Below, piece by piece: positions 63,501 to 64,000 of a DNA stretch of 64,000 bases; within the stretch, counting starts at the first letter, position 1; every line of letters starts with the position of its first letter. The notes under the pieces were generated by a model, which saw only the letters and a program-made list of their open reading frames with translations, had not been told where the DNA came from and searched no databases. Source of the DNA: Chlorokybus atmophyticus (lineage: Eukaryota; Plantae; Mesostigma and Chlorokybus algae); the NCBI GenBank assembly GCA_009103225.1, contig RHPI01002823.1, forward strand, positions 845,797-909,796, given 5' to 3'. The translations under genes were made by a program, and so were the position numbers.

Positions 63501-63701
63501 AATGGTGAGTCACATGCACAGCATTACACATTTTTTACACAAGTGCATACCAGGTGCATTTATGTACCTGCACAGGTATGCAAATTCAACTAAGGTTGAC
63601 AATCAGCATTAAGCGTACACTGTTTCACCTCTAATCCCAAAAAAGAATATGGTATCAAAAGAATGTACATCCCCGTATGGGGCAGATATGTTACACCCAA
63701 A

Positions 63702-63982
63702 CTACTTCTTGCCACCCGTGAAAAACCCATGCATGCCACCGGCTTCGCTTCCAGCCTCCATAGAGTGCGCAGATTTCAACTCGACGGCATCCATGTCATC
63801 CTTGTCACTCTGTTATGTCAAAGACAATTCAATTACTACTGAATGCAGACTCCACCAGCAACGTCAGCAGATCTGCAACTTACCACAAGAGGGCCCTGAA
63901 GATCAAACTTCACAGCCCAACCCTCTATGATCTGCTGATCAGTATACGTTGTCTTCTTGTAGCTGTCACGTGACTCCAGCTT
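63702..63982 (-). CDS. Last two exons of an unidentified gene continuing beyond the window
   Basis: Exon 63982-63884 (KLESRDSYKKTTYTDQQIIEGWAVKFDLQGPLV) and exon 63809-63702 (SDKDDMDAVELKSAHSMEAGSEAGGMHGFFTGGKK*) are joined by a 74-nt GTAAGT...CAG intron in phase 0, with a CAG acceptor before the first exon. Absent from the ORF track. Confidence 0.7.
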
Positions 63983-64000
63983 CTGCACGTGCATTGAGTT

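Overview
Eukaryotic nuclear DNA from a green alga, probably an early-diverging streptophyte. This is inferred from the land-plant-like RBR C-terminus, AAACCCTA telo-boxes and short GT-AG introns. I assembled spliced genes by eye from exon fragments: an FHA-domain protein (5' end unresolved), RCL1, a UTR5/SLC35B2-like nucleotide-sugar transporter, retinoblastoma-related RBR, plastid NADH-glutamate synthase, PMP22/Mpv17, an EEF1AKMT2/Efm4-like methyltransferase, TOP2, an MFS transporter, an unknown coiled-coil/low-complexity protein, a plastid DNL zinc-finger protein, and the last two exons of an unidentified gene at the right edge. Mobile DNA comprises an intact 510-bp TRIM-type mini LTR element (89-bp LTRs, PBS, PPT, 5-bp TSD), a MITE-like hairpin, and a decayed CRE-clade non-LTR retrotransposon next to RBR. 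There are two assembly gaps. The best leads are: (1) a spliced ~110-aa C-terminal extension on NADH-GOGAT ending in an acidic two-cysteine module resembling the CP12 N-terminal hairpin, a candidate redox switch; (2) four E2F sites plus a telo-box upstream of RBR, with an E2F site, telo-box and G4 also upstream of TOP2; (3) the TRIM; (4) a tRNA-derived relic between 37-bp direct repeats. All gene models and motif counts are manual and need RNA-seq and alignment to confirm. No CRISPR array, rRNA gene or intact tRNA gene was seen.
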